64,000 nucleotides of DNA. Source: Nymphaea colorata. Its lineage: Eukaryota. Location of the stretch: assembly GCF_008831285.2 (NCBI RefSeq), contig NC_045138.2:27900001-27964000 (forward strand), given 5' to 3'. Positions 11,501 to 24,331 of the stretch are shown piece by piece. The notes beneath the pieces are model-generated. The model ran no database searches, was not told the origin of the DNA, and saw nothing but the letters and a program-made list of their open reading frames with translations. A program made the translations under genes and the position numbers. Within the stretch, counting starts at the first letter, position 1. Every line of letters starts with the position of its first letter.

Positions 11501-14500
11501 GAAAGTTAGGTGCCCTTATCAGTAGCTTTTTTGCAAAATTAACTATTATTCTTAATGATGGAGGAAGGTCCAAAGAGAATGCAGTGCCTCTTGGTCATGT
11601 TGAATAGGGCGAACCGGTCTCTGATAATATCTTTGCCTCGAAAAGAACAATTAGTGAATTTTGCTAACACCATCGGCTGATGCCATGCACAGGTTCCCTG
11701 AATATTATTTGAATCGCATATGGACACCAGACTTTAATGCATATGGGCCTTCCCTTAACACAACTCTGGAAGTAAAGGAAGTCTATAACACTAGATTTGG
11801 AGCACCTTCAGCAGTGCTACACAGACTGCTGCAACCTCATCGAATACCATCAAATTTGGCTCAACCACTAAACCTGGTGTGCCTTACGCCCTATGATTAA
11901 TGCTCTGGAGGCATATGAAGTACAACATGTAACTGTATCTGCAACCTATGGCCAAGATGGTACATCAATCTCAACTCCGTTGGCCTTACATGATTTTCAG
12001 AAATAACGTATGTTGTGGAAGTTTGTGAGCCATGACTCATGCTTCGGAGGAATTCTTGGTTGCAGTTGATGCAATCATGGGAGTTAAAAGCTACCACCAA
12101 CTGAAGAAAAACTGGGTATTTGAGCCATGTTTCCTCAGCCGTACCCCTGGGATGGCCTAAGCTGCAGCTATGGAGACTCAGAGCTTACCAAGAATGATAG
12201 GCTTGTGAGTAATATTTCCAATGTCTAATCAAATGTTTGCTCGTGACGTCCCCATTTTGATCACTTCAATATGATTCTGCAGGGACCTTTCAAACAGTGG
12301 ACTAAAATGGACCAATAACTAATTTCATTGGAAACTTGACATCAATCCGATCACTGTAAGCACGTAACCTATACATGAAAATCAAATTACCGGATTAGTT
12401 TGGCTTCCTATTTTTTTTCACTCTGATACAGGAACTTGTCCAGAAATAACCTGCAAGGTCCAATACCTGAATTTTTTTTTTCAATTATGCAGAGTTTGAG
12501 GACACTGTGAGTATGGACACCGACTACACTGGTTGCTTTTATTATCTGGTGTTTTTTGAGCAGAATTTGGATGGTGGTGACATTGGTTTACTGAAATGGG
12601 ATTCCAGAGACCTATCAAGCAATAATCTGTCTGGACCGGTGCCTAAGCCCTCAAAAAAAGGATAGATAATGGGTCGATTTCAGTAAGGTCTGCCAAAAAT
12701 ATATTTTACCATATCAAACGAAGCCAGAATTTTTTTCCATCTAACCATTCAATCTTTTTTACGTGTAGGCTTAACAATAATAGCCATCTTTTTCTGCCTG
12801 GTACCTCCACCGGGAAGTGCCTAAGGCCCTAAAGAGATTGAGAATCAGGATCAACCTAACAACTGCAACAGAGGTATGATCATTCTGTGGTTGGCCTTCC
12901 ACATATCTGCTCGCTCTTTCCATTGGCTATTTGTTTATCTCTATCTCCAAACCGGGTGAAATAGATGTCATTATCGAGCTTCGTCAGTGACCATCAACCA
13001 TCAGCCAGTTCACTTACAATGATATTATGAGAATCACCAATAACTTCGACAACTAAATTGGTAAAGGTAGCTCGACTACTGTATTCCTAGGCAAGCTGAA
13101 CCAAGACGTTAATGTGGCACTTAAGATTGTGGACAGAGGAGCAACTGCACGAATCAACGCTTTCTCTGCAGAGGTTAGTTCTTTGGAAGCTACGTTTTGT
13201 CTTCTAGAAACCAAGTTCTAAAACAATGCAGCTAAGAGAGAGAGAGAAGAGATTAAACAATGGATTGACTTGCAATTTTTTCAGGTGGCTTTATTGACGC
13301 GTGTTCACCATATAAAATTGGTCACCCTGCGTGGATTCTGTGACGAAGGAGAGAACAAAATCCTCGTCGATGAGTACATGGCTGGAGGAGACCTGCAAAA
13401 GCTTTTGTCGGGTTTGAGCTCTTGAACCAGAATGACTTTCTTATACAGTTGAAAGTTAAGCATGATATTTTATTTACCAAAACTGCAAGAAAAAACGCTG
13501 CACCTACTGAACAGATACTGATTGCATATCTGCATATCCCAACGTTAAACTTATTCAGTTCTAATTACGTCAGAATGGCAGTCTTTCCATGATTGGGCGT
13601 TTCTAGGTTCATATTTGAACTAGTTGCAGGTTGGTTCATTGACGCAAGTCCGTCACAAATTCTTGGTCTCTTTCTATGGATTCTGTGACGAAGGAGAGGA
13701 TATGATCCTTGTGTTCGAGTTAATGTTCGGAGGAAATCTCCAGGAGCCATTATCAGGTATGAGTTTCCGTCCACCATGCAATCGTCATGTACTTGGATAC
13801 CGTGGAAGGCTTTTTCAAAGTATGTGGCGTTATCTTCTGTACTTTCATTTTTATGAAATATGGTCATAATTCGTATTTATGGAACTGAAAACATGAGGAA
13901 GATGTAAATAATCGAAAGACATTAATTTCTGTTGTATATTAAAAAGTAGGTGCTCTTAATCTTGAAAAAGACGGGCCTTTTGATGGGCAGGCCTTTTGCT
14001 GCAGGTAAAAGACGGAAATCTAAAGACTTGAGCTGGGAAAGGAGACTAGAAATCGCATTAGTGTTGCAACAGGTTTGCGTCCAAGAGGCCCTCGAACTTG
14101 TTTCTTATATTAATCGAATGCCAATTTAATTGCTTGGTTTGTAGGGCCGGAATACCTGCACAACGGATGCACGCCGTCCATAGTACACAGGGATGTGAAA
14201 GCAGAGAACATTCTTTTGGATGAAAATTTGGAGGCGAGGTTATCAGATTTTGGATTGGCTAAAGCCGTGATCACTACCAGAAATGTACCGGAGGCATCGA
14301 CTCGAATTGTTGGAACAAAAGGAATACTTGGATCCAGAGTATGCTAGGAACATCGATTCATTTTTGTTTACTTCATTTAACAAATCCTGATCTCCATATT
14401 TGTTCATTCAGTCTCCACTCGTATCTTTTCACATGAACCTCCTTTGATTATTTTCTTTTCATGATATTGACCACCATTTTGCATGTCCATTCCGACCAAC

Positions 14501-14961
14501 ATTGCATCATGATACAATTCAATTGAAAATGCAGAGTTATTCTGTCTTTCTGTTTTTTTTTTTTTTTCTCTCCCAGATCTGAAAATCCAAGGATTCTGTT
14601 ACCTCCAACTCTTGTGCATTTACCGTGTCTAATCTAGTTTTACGTGTATAGCTTTGGAGTCGTCCTTCTTGAGCTTATCACAGGGTATCCTACTCCTTTC
14701 TTGAACGATGAATAGAAAACTTGTCTCGTCTTCTGGGCGAAAGAAAAGAGCTCCAAAGGGCATCTTGAAGAAATTGTTGATCCCAGGCTAGAAGGGCAGT
14801 ACAATAGCTGCTCAAAAGGGAGGCCTACAATGAGAGAAATCGTAAAGAAACTGAAGGCAGCTAAAGATCAAGAGGCATACCATTTGGAATATGGAACAGC
14901 AGATTAATCCTCGACCGCCCATGGATCCTATGTAGAAATTGCTCTCCATCCTGCAAGGTAA
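8595..14961 (+). pseudogene. Gene B: degraded malectin-like LRR-RLK pseudogene (most like gene A)
   Basis: Signal exon ending GGTCAGGATG|gtaag; GFISLD at 10437 followed by a frameshift; GGTPFISSLELRPL; LRR exons about 12283-12686; in-frame TAA at 13054-13056 before [18 protein letters not shown] at 14185-14260; deleted last exon ending HPAR* at 14961. Confidence 0.85.
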
Positions 14962-15894
14962 TGTAGAATATGCTATGGAGGAGTATGTCGCAAACTAACC
15001 ATACATATTTTTCTTTATTTCAATTGAAGAGTTGGAGGTGGAAAGACCTTTACAAGATCAAGTCAAGAAGCCATTTGGTCCTCCTTCTTCCTCCTATTAG
15101 AAGTTGATGCAGTGACACGAGCATTGTGATTTCCCTGCTCTGCGATTTCTGCCTCTCCCAATGCATTTGATTTTCTTCCAAAATAAGAGAATTCACTTTA
15201 ACAACATCAGAGTGCTAAATATGAATGGGTGGTCGTCTCCTCTTCCCAGTTGCCAAGAAAAAGATGGCATGTAAGTCTTTAACCTCACATATTTCCGCAC
15301 GCAAAGATCCTATTAAGGTGGCTTGATTTTTCCAATTGGACTCGTCCACAGTAGCATTTCAGTAGCATATGTTGGAGAATACCGTTTCTTATTCTAGTAG
15401 AACTTCCTCTTTTAACATTTATGGTCGTTACTTCCAAGTTTTTAGGCCTGGTTGATAGGTTGTCATTGTTTATCCTTGGACATGGTATTCCTCACCTTGC
15501 TTCTTCCTTGTCAAAAACACATGCAATTAGAACTCGTATATTCTTCTCTGAAATGTAAGGGCAGCTTCCCTTGTCGATCTGGTTTCAGCTTCGCTACTCC
15601 AATCTCAGTTGTGCGTGGTTCCATCCATCTCTATGATCATTTTGTTGTGGACTCATCTGGTTAGGTCAACTTTGTTTTTGTTTCATTAGAAAAGGAAGAA
15701 AAGTTTCCTCTGATCTTTCTAATCTGATTTTGATACTTGGTCCAAAGACGGTTCATCTCCTGCTTTCTCCTTAATTTGAACTTCTTTTTTCTCAAACAAG
15801 AAAAAAGGAAGATTGCATGGTAGCTACAAATCGCATGACGAGTTGCCATGGAAAAAATAAAAGAGAAAGTGATAATAGGGCTTCGTTCCTAACA

Positions 15895-15981
15895 AATACG
15901 AGCCTTGCAGCCTTGGGTCTACGTGCTGGCAATTTGTCTTCTCACTATTTTGGGCGTCACCTATTGGAGGATGTGAACTCG
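15895..15981 (-). pseudogene. Orphan fragment of the last kinase exon of a gene E/I-type RLK
   Basis: Minus strand reads RVHILQ*VTPKIVRRQIAS / VDPRLQGSY, matching [29 protein letters not shown] of gene E. Confidence 0.8.
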
Positions 15982-16517
15982 CCTTGATTTTAGGGTGTCC
16001 ATACAGGCAACATCTCGATCCAACGACTGGTCCTCTTTCTGGTAAGATTTTCAGTAAATGGCACAATCACTTTCTGTCTCCTTATGCAGCACAGGACTAA
16101 GATTGCTGTGAAGACAGAGTTGCACACGGTATATAGCAGAAACGAAAGAACATATCCATATAGAACATGCATTTTAAAGGCATGATCTCAAATTATTGTG
16201 ATTTCAAAAATGTCCGATGCCGCGGGGACACTCGTGTTCAATTTACTGCACGAAATAACCAAAGCTAAACCCCAGGAATTCAATTTCGCCGAACTTTCTG
16301 CAGAACCAATGAATTGGTTCAAAGTTTTACCTTTGAGCTAGTACCAGCAACAGCATAGACGTGCATTTACATTTCCAATAAAATGAACACTTGCCTTTCT
16401 TAATGTTCCCATCAATAACATAGGCCTCCATCACTGTGAAAAAGTTAGTGAGGCAGGTTATTCTGCAAAGAGCCAAAGAGAGGGAAATATGTATATTGAC
16501 GACGTGGAGAAAGTAAC

Positions 16518-16967
16518 TGTAACACTCAAATGTTTAGTCTGGTATTAAAGATTGTGAAAGATCTTCAATGACTTATAAGAGTGTCATTAATGAGATGATT
16601 GTCTTGGTTCTTAGCATTTTGGAGTTGGAATCCAAACTGTTAGGGGTGGGTTGAGATCCGTTAGACTAGGGGCCCGAGCTCACTAGTGGGTTGGGTTGTT
16701 ATAGTGATATCAAAGGTGGTTCAACACTCAGACCTAAGGTCCCACACGCATGGACGCGTGTGCCTTAAGGGGATGGATTATAACGCTCCAAATGTTTAGT
16801 CCCGTATTGAAGATTGGAAGAGATCTTCAATAACTTATAAGGGGGTCATTAATGAGATGATTGTCTTGATTCCTACATTTTTGGAGGTTGGAACTAAAAT
16901 TGCTAGAGAGCGAGTGGAGATCCACTAGACCAAGGGCCCGAGCCCAAGAATGGGTCGAATTATTACA
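16518..16967 (+). mobile_element. Complete TRIM (terminal-repeat retrotransposon in miniature), 450 bp
   Basis: Direct repeats 16518-16703 (TGTAAC...TGTTATA) and 16779-16967 (TATAAC...TATTACA); degenerate tRNA-Met PBS TGATATCAAAGG at 16705; PPT AAGGGGATGGAT at 16767-16778; perfect 5-bp TSD GTAAC at 16513-16517 and 16968-16972. Confidence 0.88.
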
Positions 16968-17851
16968 GTAACACTTTGTCAACCTTGCAAATGGGAGGTT
17001 CAAACCATCAATCAACATACGCGCTCGTTTACTCACGGATAGCGCTATTTAACTTGCATAAGTATTACTCTAAATAGAAAGTAAATTTATATGAGTATGA
17101 TCATGATTTGGAGATGAAAAATATGCAATTAAGGAGTATTGGTGCATTGCAAGAAGTTCATGATTGGTTTCTCATTAGACACGATGCAATCAAGGTGGAT
17201 GAATTCTTGGAAAGCTGACACCATGGGACGTTGTTATCTACTAAAGGCGGATTGGGGCGTCATGGCAGACACCCTTTGTCCTTGTGACCTCATTCACATA
17301 CGGCGGAGAGTATCCAATTTTTGAAGAATGACAAGTGGTGGGTCATTCCATAGCACAATGTTTGGACCGGACCATTTATGTCCGTGCTCAAGACGCTTAA
17401 ATGGCCTGCTATTCCTTTGTGATGGAGAAGATGCGGCTAATGCTACAAGTGCCCTGCTATTCCTTGGAAATCACGAAACACAAGAAACAAAAATAGCCCG
17501 ACTTTTGCTGGTACATTAAAGAAGACCTGTAAATTTCAATTTGTTAAGACTTATAAATTTCAATTTTGTACAGTAACATATTCAAACCTCTCCCATTAAA
17601 ATTTGTCATCCACAAGAGCGTGAGACGAGTATTCTTCTTGTTCCCATCCCGTTTGTCCAGAAGCTCAAAAGTCCAGGTATACTGGTCATCCATGACGGGT
17701 TGGATGTTTACAGTTCCAGCACAAGGGATCACGACACCAGTGACTGACCGGTTCCATATTCCTCTCGAGTCTCGGCTCTTTGTACTTCTTCGGCACTAAG
17801 GAAGGAGGAGATAGAGAAGGGTGGAAACAGAGTTGAGGGCTAATGAACACG

Positions 17852-20800
17852 ATGAGCAACCCATGTGGCGGCTTCTTGCTTCGGCTTTTGTATTCTACTG
17901 CTTCTGCTCTACTCCTGGCAGTGGCTGCTGCTCAAGATGGTAACTATTAATTCCTTTCTTCCTCCTCTCCGGATGCAAACTCTGTCTTCTGTTTTTATCA
18001 ATAAATCGGCGAACCTCTCGCATGCAGTGCATTATGGAAAGTCGGCAGTGGGGGTAAACCAAATCCTATCAGACCCAGTTTTCAAAACGCTTATAGATAT
18101 GATAAGCATGAACACTTGTCGTACACAGTAAGCGAATCAAAGTTGAATTTATGTGGAGAGATCGGTAGGTGGGGTGCAGCTTTGAATCTGAACTTACAGA
18201 CCAAACAGAAACCGAAATTTGTAGATAGTTCAACAAAAGGTAACATCCGAATGTGATAGCCAAGTTTTGTATTAATGACTTGCCGTCCAACTCAAAGTTT
18301 GGCCGAGGTGCAGACTGATTTCCCAAACAGTAGGATATATAAATTAATGGTCGCCGAGGTATCTTTACCAGATCAATCTGGGCTACCTGGCGATCCCGAG
18401 AATAGAAAGATCTGATACAAGTTCAGACGGAAACTGATCAAACACCAAAGATCCGTCTCTGTAGCATAAACTTAATAGACTCAAAATTTTACATACAGGA
18501 TCGTGAAGATTGGTATTACGGACGATCAGGTTCGGCTGGAAGTTTGATTTAGATTTAGGTGTTATAAAACCACAAACAAAGCATAGATCGACACTTTAAA
18601 TGTGAAAATCCGTCAAATCCATATTAGTGGATTGAACTGGAAATCTGACATATTTAGAGCAAATACTTTAATTTTCCCCGTCTGCTGAAAGAATATATGC
18701 GACTCGTATTAGTGTCTAATCTTCCACTCTGTCAGGCTTCCTCAACATCGACTGCGGACTTCCGGCCAATACAACCTACAGAAGTGAAACCACTCTCGAG
18801 TATGTCTCCGACAGTAAATACACAAGCAACGGGTTCGAGAAGCGGCTCGACTCTGTCACCCCCAACGATGCGCCAACGATCTACCGGACTCTTAGATACT
18901 TCCCTCGTTACAAGAGGAACTGCTACAGTCTGTCTGTGATACAGGGCACCAACTATCTGGTTCGGGCATCCTTCATGTATGGCAACTATGACGGAGCCAA
19001 CACGGCCCCGAGCTTCGATCTCTACCTTGGAGTTGATCTTTGGGATACCGTCAAGCTAGACAACGCAACTCATATGTATTGGACGGAGATTTTCAGCATT
19101 GCAACAACCGGAACCATGAGCGTGTGCCTTGTCAACACTGCAATGGGCGTGCCCTTCATTTCTGGCTTGGAACTCCGTCCTCTCAGTGGTGCCGATGGTT
19201 ACAAAGAGCATTTCATGAATGACAATTCTTCACTTGTTACCTTCCAGAGAATAGATGTTGGAGGAGCTGCACAAGTGAGGTAAGCAACTCGCATCTGATC
19301 ACGAAGCATTCTTCCTTTGATCTTCCAAACTGAAAGATGGTCGAGGAACAACCCTAACCTGCTCCATGCCCAAAGAAAAGAGCCATTTGGATTTGGTTTT
19401 CTAGCTCCGTTTAAGTTCGGATCAATCATGGCTCAACCTTGATGGTGACCGACAGGTTCCCCGCCGATCCATACGATCGTCTTTGGACACCAAGCTCTTC
19501 CCGATACGGCACTCCTGTCAGCATCGCTGTGACTCTAGAGAGAGGCGATGAAACTCGGCTCTTTCTGCCGCTTGCAGTGATGCAAACCGCAGTCGCCTCC
19601 TCGAATCCCATACTCGTCACTTGGTCAGGTGAGCCCTCTGATAGCTACCATTTTGTCTTGGGATTTGCTGGGTTGCAACCGTCGACGGGCAGGAGGACCT
19701 TGATAGTAAAGTTGGACGGTAACGACTTTTACAAGCCCTTCAGCTTTGGCTACGGTGGCGTGTACACCGTGTACTCGACCTTGCCTCTCCCGGGTGCCGG
19801 CCAGCACTCTTTCACGGTGGAGGCCAACGAGGGTTCAGATAATGGCCCCATCCTCAACGCCTTTGAGATCTACAAGATCGTCCAGCCCCGTGGCGCCGCT
19901 GCAACTTTCCCTGAAGATGGTGCGCTTCTTTTGACATTTTCTTTTTCTTTTTGTCTTAGTCAATCAGCCACGTGACATGCTCAAGATCAAGCATGCGATT
20001 CTCTTGCCATAAAATTGTAGAGCGTCTGTTTGAGCTTCAGCCTGTCGGATTTTAACGGAAAAGCCTTTTCTTTTATACACAGTTCTTGCTATCAAGGCCG
20101 TGCAAGATTACTACCAGATAAAAAAGAATTGGAACGCCGATCCATGCTTACCTCTCGATGCTCCTTGGGATGGCTTGACCTGCAGCCTTGACAATCAGTC
20201 GTCTCCAAGAATAGAAGCCCTGTAAGATTTTACCTCCATTCCTTAGAAATTCATATGTTCGAGGTGGAAGCACATGATCTACTATCTCCTTCCGATCTCC
20301 GGTCACAGAACCAACGATCAGTTTAGCGACCAAAGACCATTTGATCCACTTATAAACAGTAACACGTGTAGTTTGAAATCGAATTACAAAGAGGCTTGCT
20401 ATTTTCATGTGATGTGAGATCATTCGTTCCACCTTCAAAGAACGATTAGTGCGTGCCTGGTTCGACTGCTGTGCTTACAAAAACTGTTATTTATAGGGAT
20501 CTGTCTAATGCTGGACTAAGTGGTGCAATTTCCTCGCATCTTTCGCAATTAACAGCACTCAGAAAATTGTAAGTGCAGATTGACACGGCATCTTCGTTTG
20601 GAATTAAAATGTTCTATTTTCTTACGACTTAATCTCATATGTCCTATTTCTTCTCTATGTTTAATGAATCTAGGAACTTATCAATGAACAATATTAATGG
20701 ATCTTTGCCATCTTTTCTAGCAGACTTCCAGTACCTGTCCGATATGTGAGTATTTTTCAATAACACTGTCTAGGTGCATAATCAAATTAACAAGTATTTC

Positions 20801-23800
20801 TCGGTCATATGATTTTTTTTAATGGATTCAGAGATTTTTCGAGCAATAATTTGTCGGGATCAATTCCGAGTGCCTTGAAGGAAAAGGAGGCAACTGGGCT
20901 TACATTGAGGTCAGATAAAATTTTGTGGCTTGCCCTCCCTAGCTTCACCTTTTTTTTTTTATTTCTTCTCTTCTGTTTCTTAAATTGAAGCATACTAAAG
21001 ACAGTCTTTGGCCGCGCTCTTTCGAAGGATCGACAACAATCCCCAGATATGCCAACAAGATCCCTGCAACCAGGGAAAAGCAAGTGATAACAAGAGAAAT
21101 TTGATAGTTATAATCTCAGTGGCGTCTTCGTCAGTTGTGGCTGTAGGTATAATACTGTCAATATTGGCGTTCATCACGGTCAACTCAAAGAGAAAAAGGC
21201 GAGGTCTGTTTCTGCCTTCACTTATATGTTTATAAACCTTGATGAATTTTCTAAAGCGTATCATGATGAAAATTAACAGCGTAATTTTGTGCTCAATGCA
21301 TACATAAAGTTAACAGTTAATTTTTATGATGAAGACAATAATCGAGAGCGAAGAACTTCACAAGCTAGTGGAAAAATCTGCAGTTTCACATACGATGAAG
21401 TTGTGGAAATCACTAATAGCTTTGAAAGGGTGATAGGCAAAGGGGGATCCTGCAGTGTCTTTTATGGCCGACTTTCGGATGGCCGAGAAGTTGCGGTTAA
21501 AGTAATGACCGGAAAGTTTTCACAAGGAATCAACGAGTACACTGCCGAGGTTAATTCTAGTGTGACAAAAGATGACATTTGATTTATTTTTATGTAACGA
21601 GAAGTACATGGTGGTCACCGTTTGCATCTTATTTCAGGTTGAGCTGTTAATGAAAGTTCACCACAAGTGTTTGGTATCTTTTGTTGGGTTCTGTGATGAA
21701 GATCAGAAAATGATCCTGGTCTATGAGTACATGAAGAAAGGAGATCTGCAGATGCTACTTTCAGGTATACATTTTGCTCTTCAAGCACTCATAATTGATT
21801 AATCATCACTTAATTAATGAAAGCACTGTTTGAATCCAATCAATTTTGCCCTCTGATGGTCAAGATTTGGTGGAATACTAATTTATTTCCTGCAGCTTTA
21901 GCACACACATTGAACAATGGGAAATCCACAAATGTAACGGCATTTTGCTAAGACGGCAGGGAACTACACAGAACAGAGGCACAAGATTATTGAATGATTT
22001 TTGTGCTCTAGTGTCCTAAAATTTTTTGTTCGCTTCTGTTCCTTGCTGGAAAATCATTGATTAATTCACCAACTAGGGAAAACAACTTAACAAATGGTTT
22101 ATTCAACAAAATATTTTGAATCAAGTCATTTCTACATGTATGTTGGCAAAGCAGAGGGATTAAAATCAACAATTCCGGATGTATCAAAAAACATGGATTA
22201 AAAAATACTAAGTGTATTTCTAAAAGGGATGATCCAGTGCATCATTTTTAATAAGAAAAGTGTTCTAAATTATCAATCGCGTCAAATAAAACAAGTTTTC
22301 AGCCTTTCCCGTTTTTCAGATGAAACAGGGACGTCAGATATACTGGATTGGGGACAAAGACTACAAATTGCTCATAGTGTTGCAATTGGTTCGTATCCAA
22401 AATCAAATCCTGTTTTCTGGCACTTGCCATTGCATGTTTAGTATTTATTTGGATGTTTCTGCAATGCAGGATTAGAATATCTGCACTCAGGATGCAGACC
22501 ATCAATAATACACAGAGATGTGAAGACAAGCAACATCTTGTTGAACGACAAATTGGAAGCAAAGCTTGCAGACTTTGGCCTGTCCAAGATCCCCATCACA
22601 GAAGAGATATCGCATGTGTCAACCGTAGTTGCTGGCACACCTGGATACATAGACCCTGAGTATGTTCAAATTTCTCTTACAAATTTGTCTCACTTATTCA
22701 CATCTATCTCAGCAGACCGTTGAGGTCTTCTCTACACACTTAGCAGTGCAAGCATGAAACTGGCTTCCAGCTTGTGTTCTTTTTAAAGGGCAGAAAAGAA
22801 GAATAAATCTACTCTAGATCTTGTTCTAACGGGGCATCGGTAGAAATGGATGGCATTCGGTGTTTGTGAGATCAGGCACAAGAGACATCCCTACGTGCTT
22901 TAATCACTTTGTTCACGTCCATTGAGCTTTGCAGAAGCCTGTGTTCTTTCTCTTAATGATTTGTGATTTATGGAGAAACAAAGGTACATACTTTAAAATA
23001 CAACTTCCGTCAATATCCTTGATACATCTATATCAGATTTTAAAATTTCAAGGTGAATCCGCTACCTATATATGCTCAAAACTGTTCGGGATAGTGATCA
23101 ACGATTCCGGATCTTCATAAAAATTTCTTGGGGGTTTTAGTTGTAACTATGAAAATAAATCAAAGTTTACACCTAAGTTAATCAGCTTTTTCAAATTGCA
23201 AATGTCCCACCAGTAATTTTGAAATTGTTACTCCAATTAATTCGATGTCTTTGGCTGGTTGTCCTACCCATGTTATCTGATATTGTTACAGATGTGCGAA
23301 TTAACCATATTAGGGTATTCGCAGGCCCTTCAGTATTCTACAAGCTAGAAGCACATTAAATATACAAGGATGTCCTAATTTGGATAAATAATACGATTGT
23401 GGTTCAACAAAAATATTGTTAAATTTCAAGGGATGCATAATATTCTGCTTTACATAGTTCGAAAATAACACCATTCATTTAGTTGTTGCTGTCGCTGATG
23501 TACGCAAAGTTCATGTTTTTCTTAGCTGTTTGTTTGACTTAAAACTTATTCTCACATATAGAAGAGGTAGGAGTTTGAACGATAAAAGAAATAACTTCGA
23601 CGATGTATGAAACTGATTATGAAATTTATGTGAAAGTTTTCCCAAGGTCACTACTTTATATTATCCATGACATGTGTAGCGGTAACCCGAAAGGTCCCAA
23701 TTAAGTGATGCTGAACCCAGTAATATGTTGAAAATGGTAGGTATTGTGCTGCAAATTATTCATTTCATCATGTGCAAACATATTGGCATAAAGAAATGTG

Positions 23801-24331
23801 GCATTTCAGAGGCTTGCCTAGTTCCATGAAATCAATTTCCTCATCACTATATATATATATATATATATATATGTTTATATTACACATCCTGTTTCCTTTC
23901 CCAGGTATTATGACACAAACCAACTTACAGAGAAGAGTGATGTGTATAGTTTTGGAGTTGTCCTCTTTGTGCTCATCACAGGCCGGCATTCTGTATTCAT
24001 TCAAGAAGCACAGAGACTCCATATTGTCAAATTTGTGACAGCCAAAATCATGGATGGAGATCTTGCCAGCATCATCGACCCTAGGTTGCAGGGCCAATGT
24101 CATATCAACTCCGTATGTAGAGTTGCAGAAACAGCAATTGCGTGCACATCAGGGAGAGGCATCACAAGGCCTACCATGACTGAAGTTGTGGGTGAGCTGA
24201 AGGCAGCCATGGACGCTGAAATTCGACGAATGGAAAGCAAAAGGCAACCTATGGAATTGGAGTCCAGATTACTGTCAACTGGTCCAGCTGAGACGGACAT
24301 GGATTCTTTCTATCATCCTTCAGCAAGGTGA
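17852..24331 (+). CDS. Gene C: malectin-like LRR receptor-like kinase, complete, 13 exons
   Basis: Exons 17852-17939, 18736-19279, 19456-19919, 20083-20221, 20497-20568, 20674-20745, 20832-20909, 21028-21203, 21335-21549, 21638-21764, 22320-22388, 22470-22659, 23905-24331. Signal peptide, [39 protein letters not shown], 3 LRRs, [16 protein letters not shown], ends HPSAR*. Confidence 0.93.
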
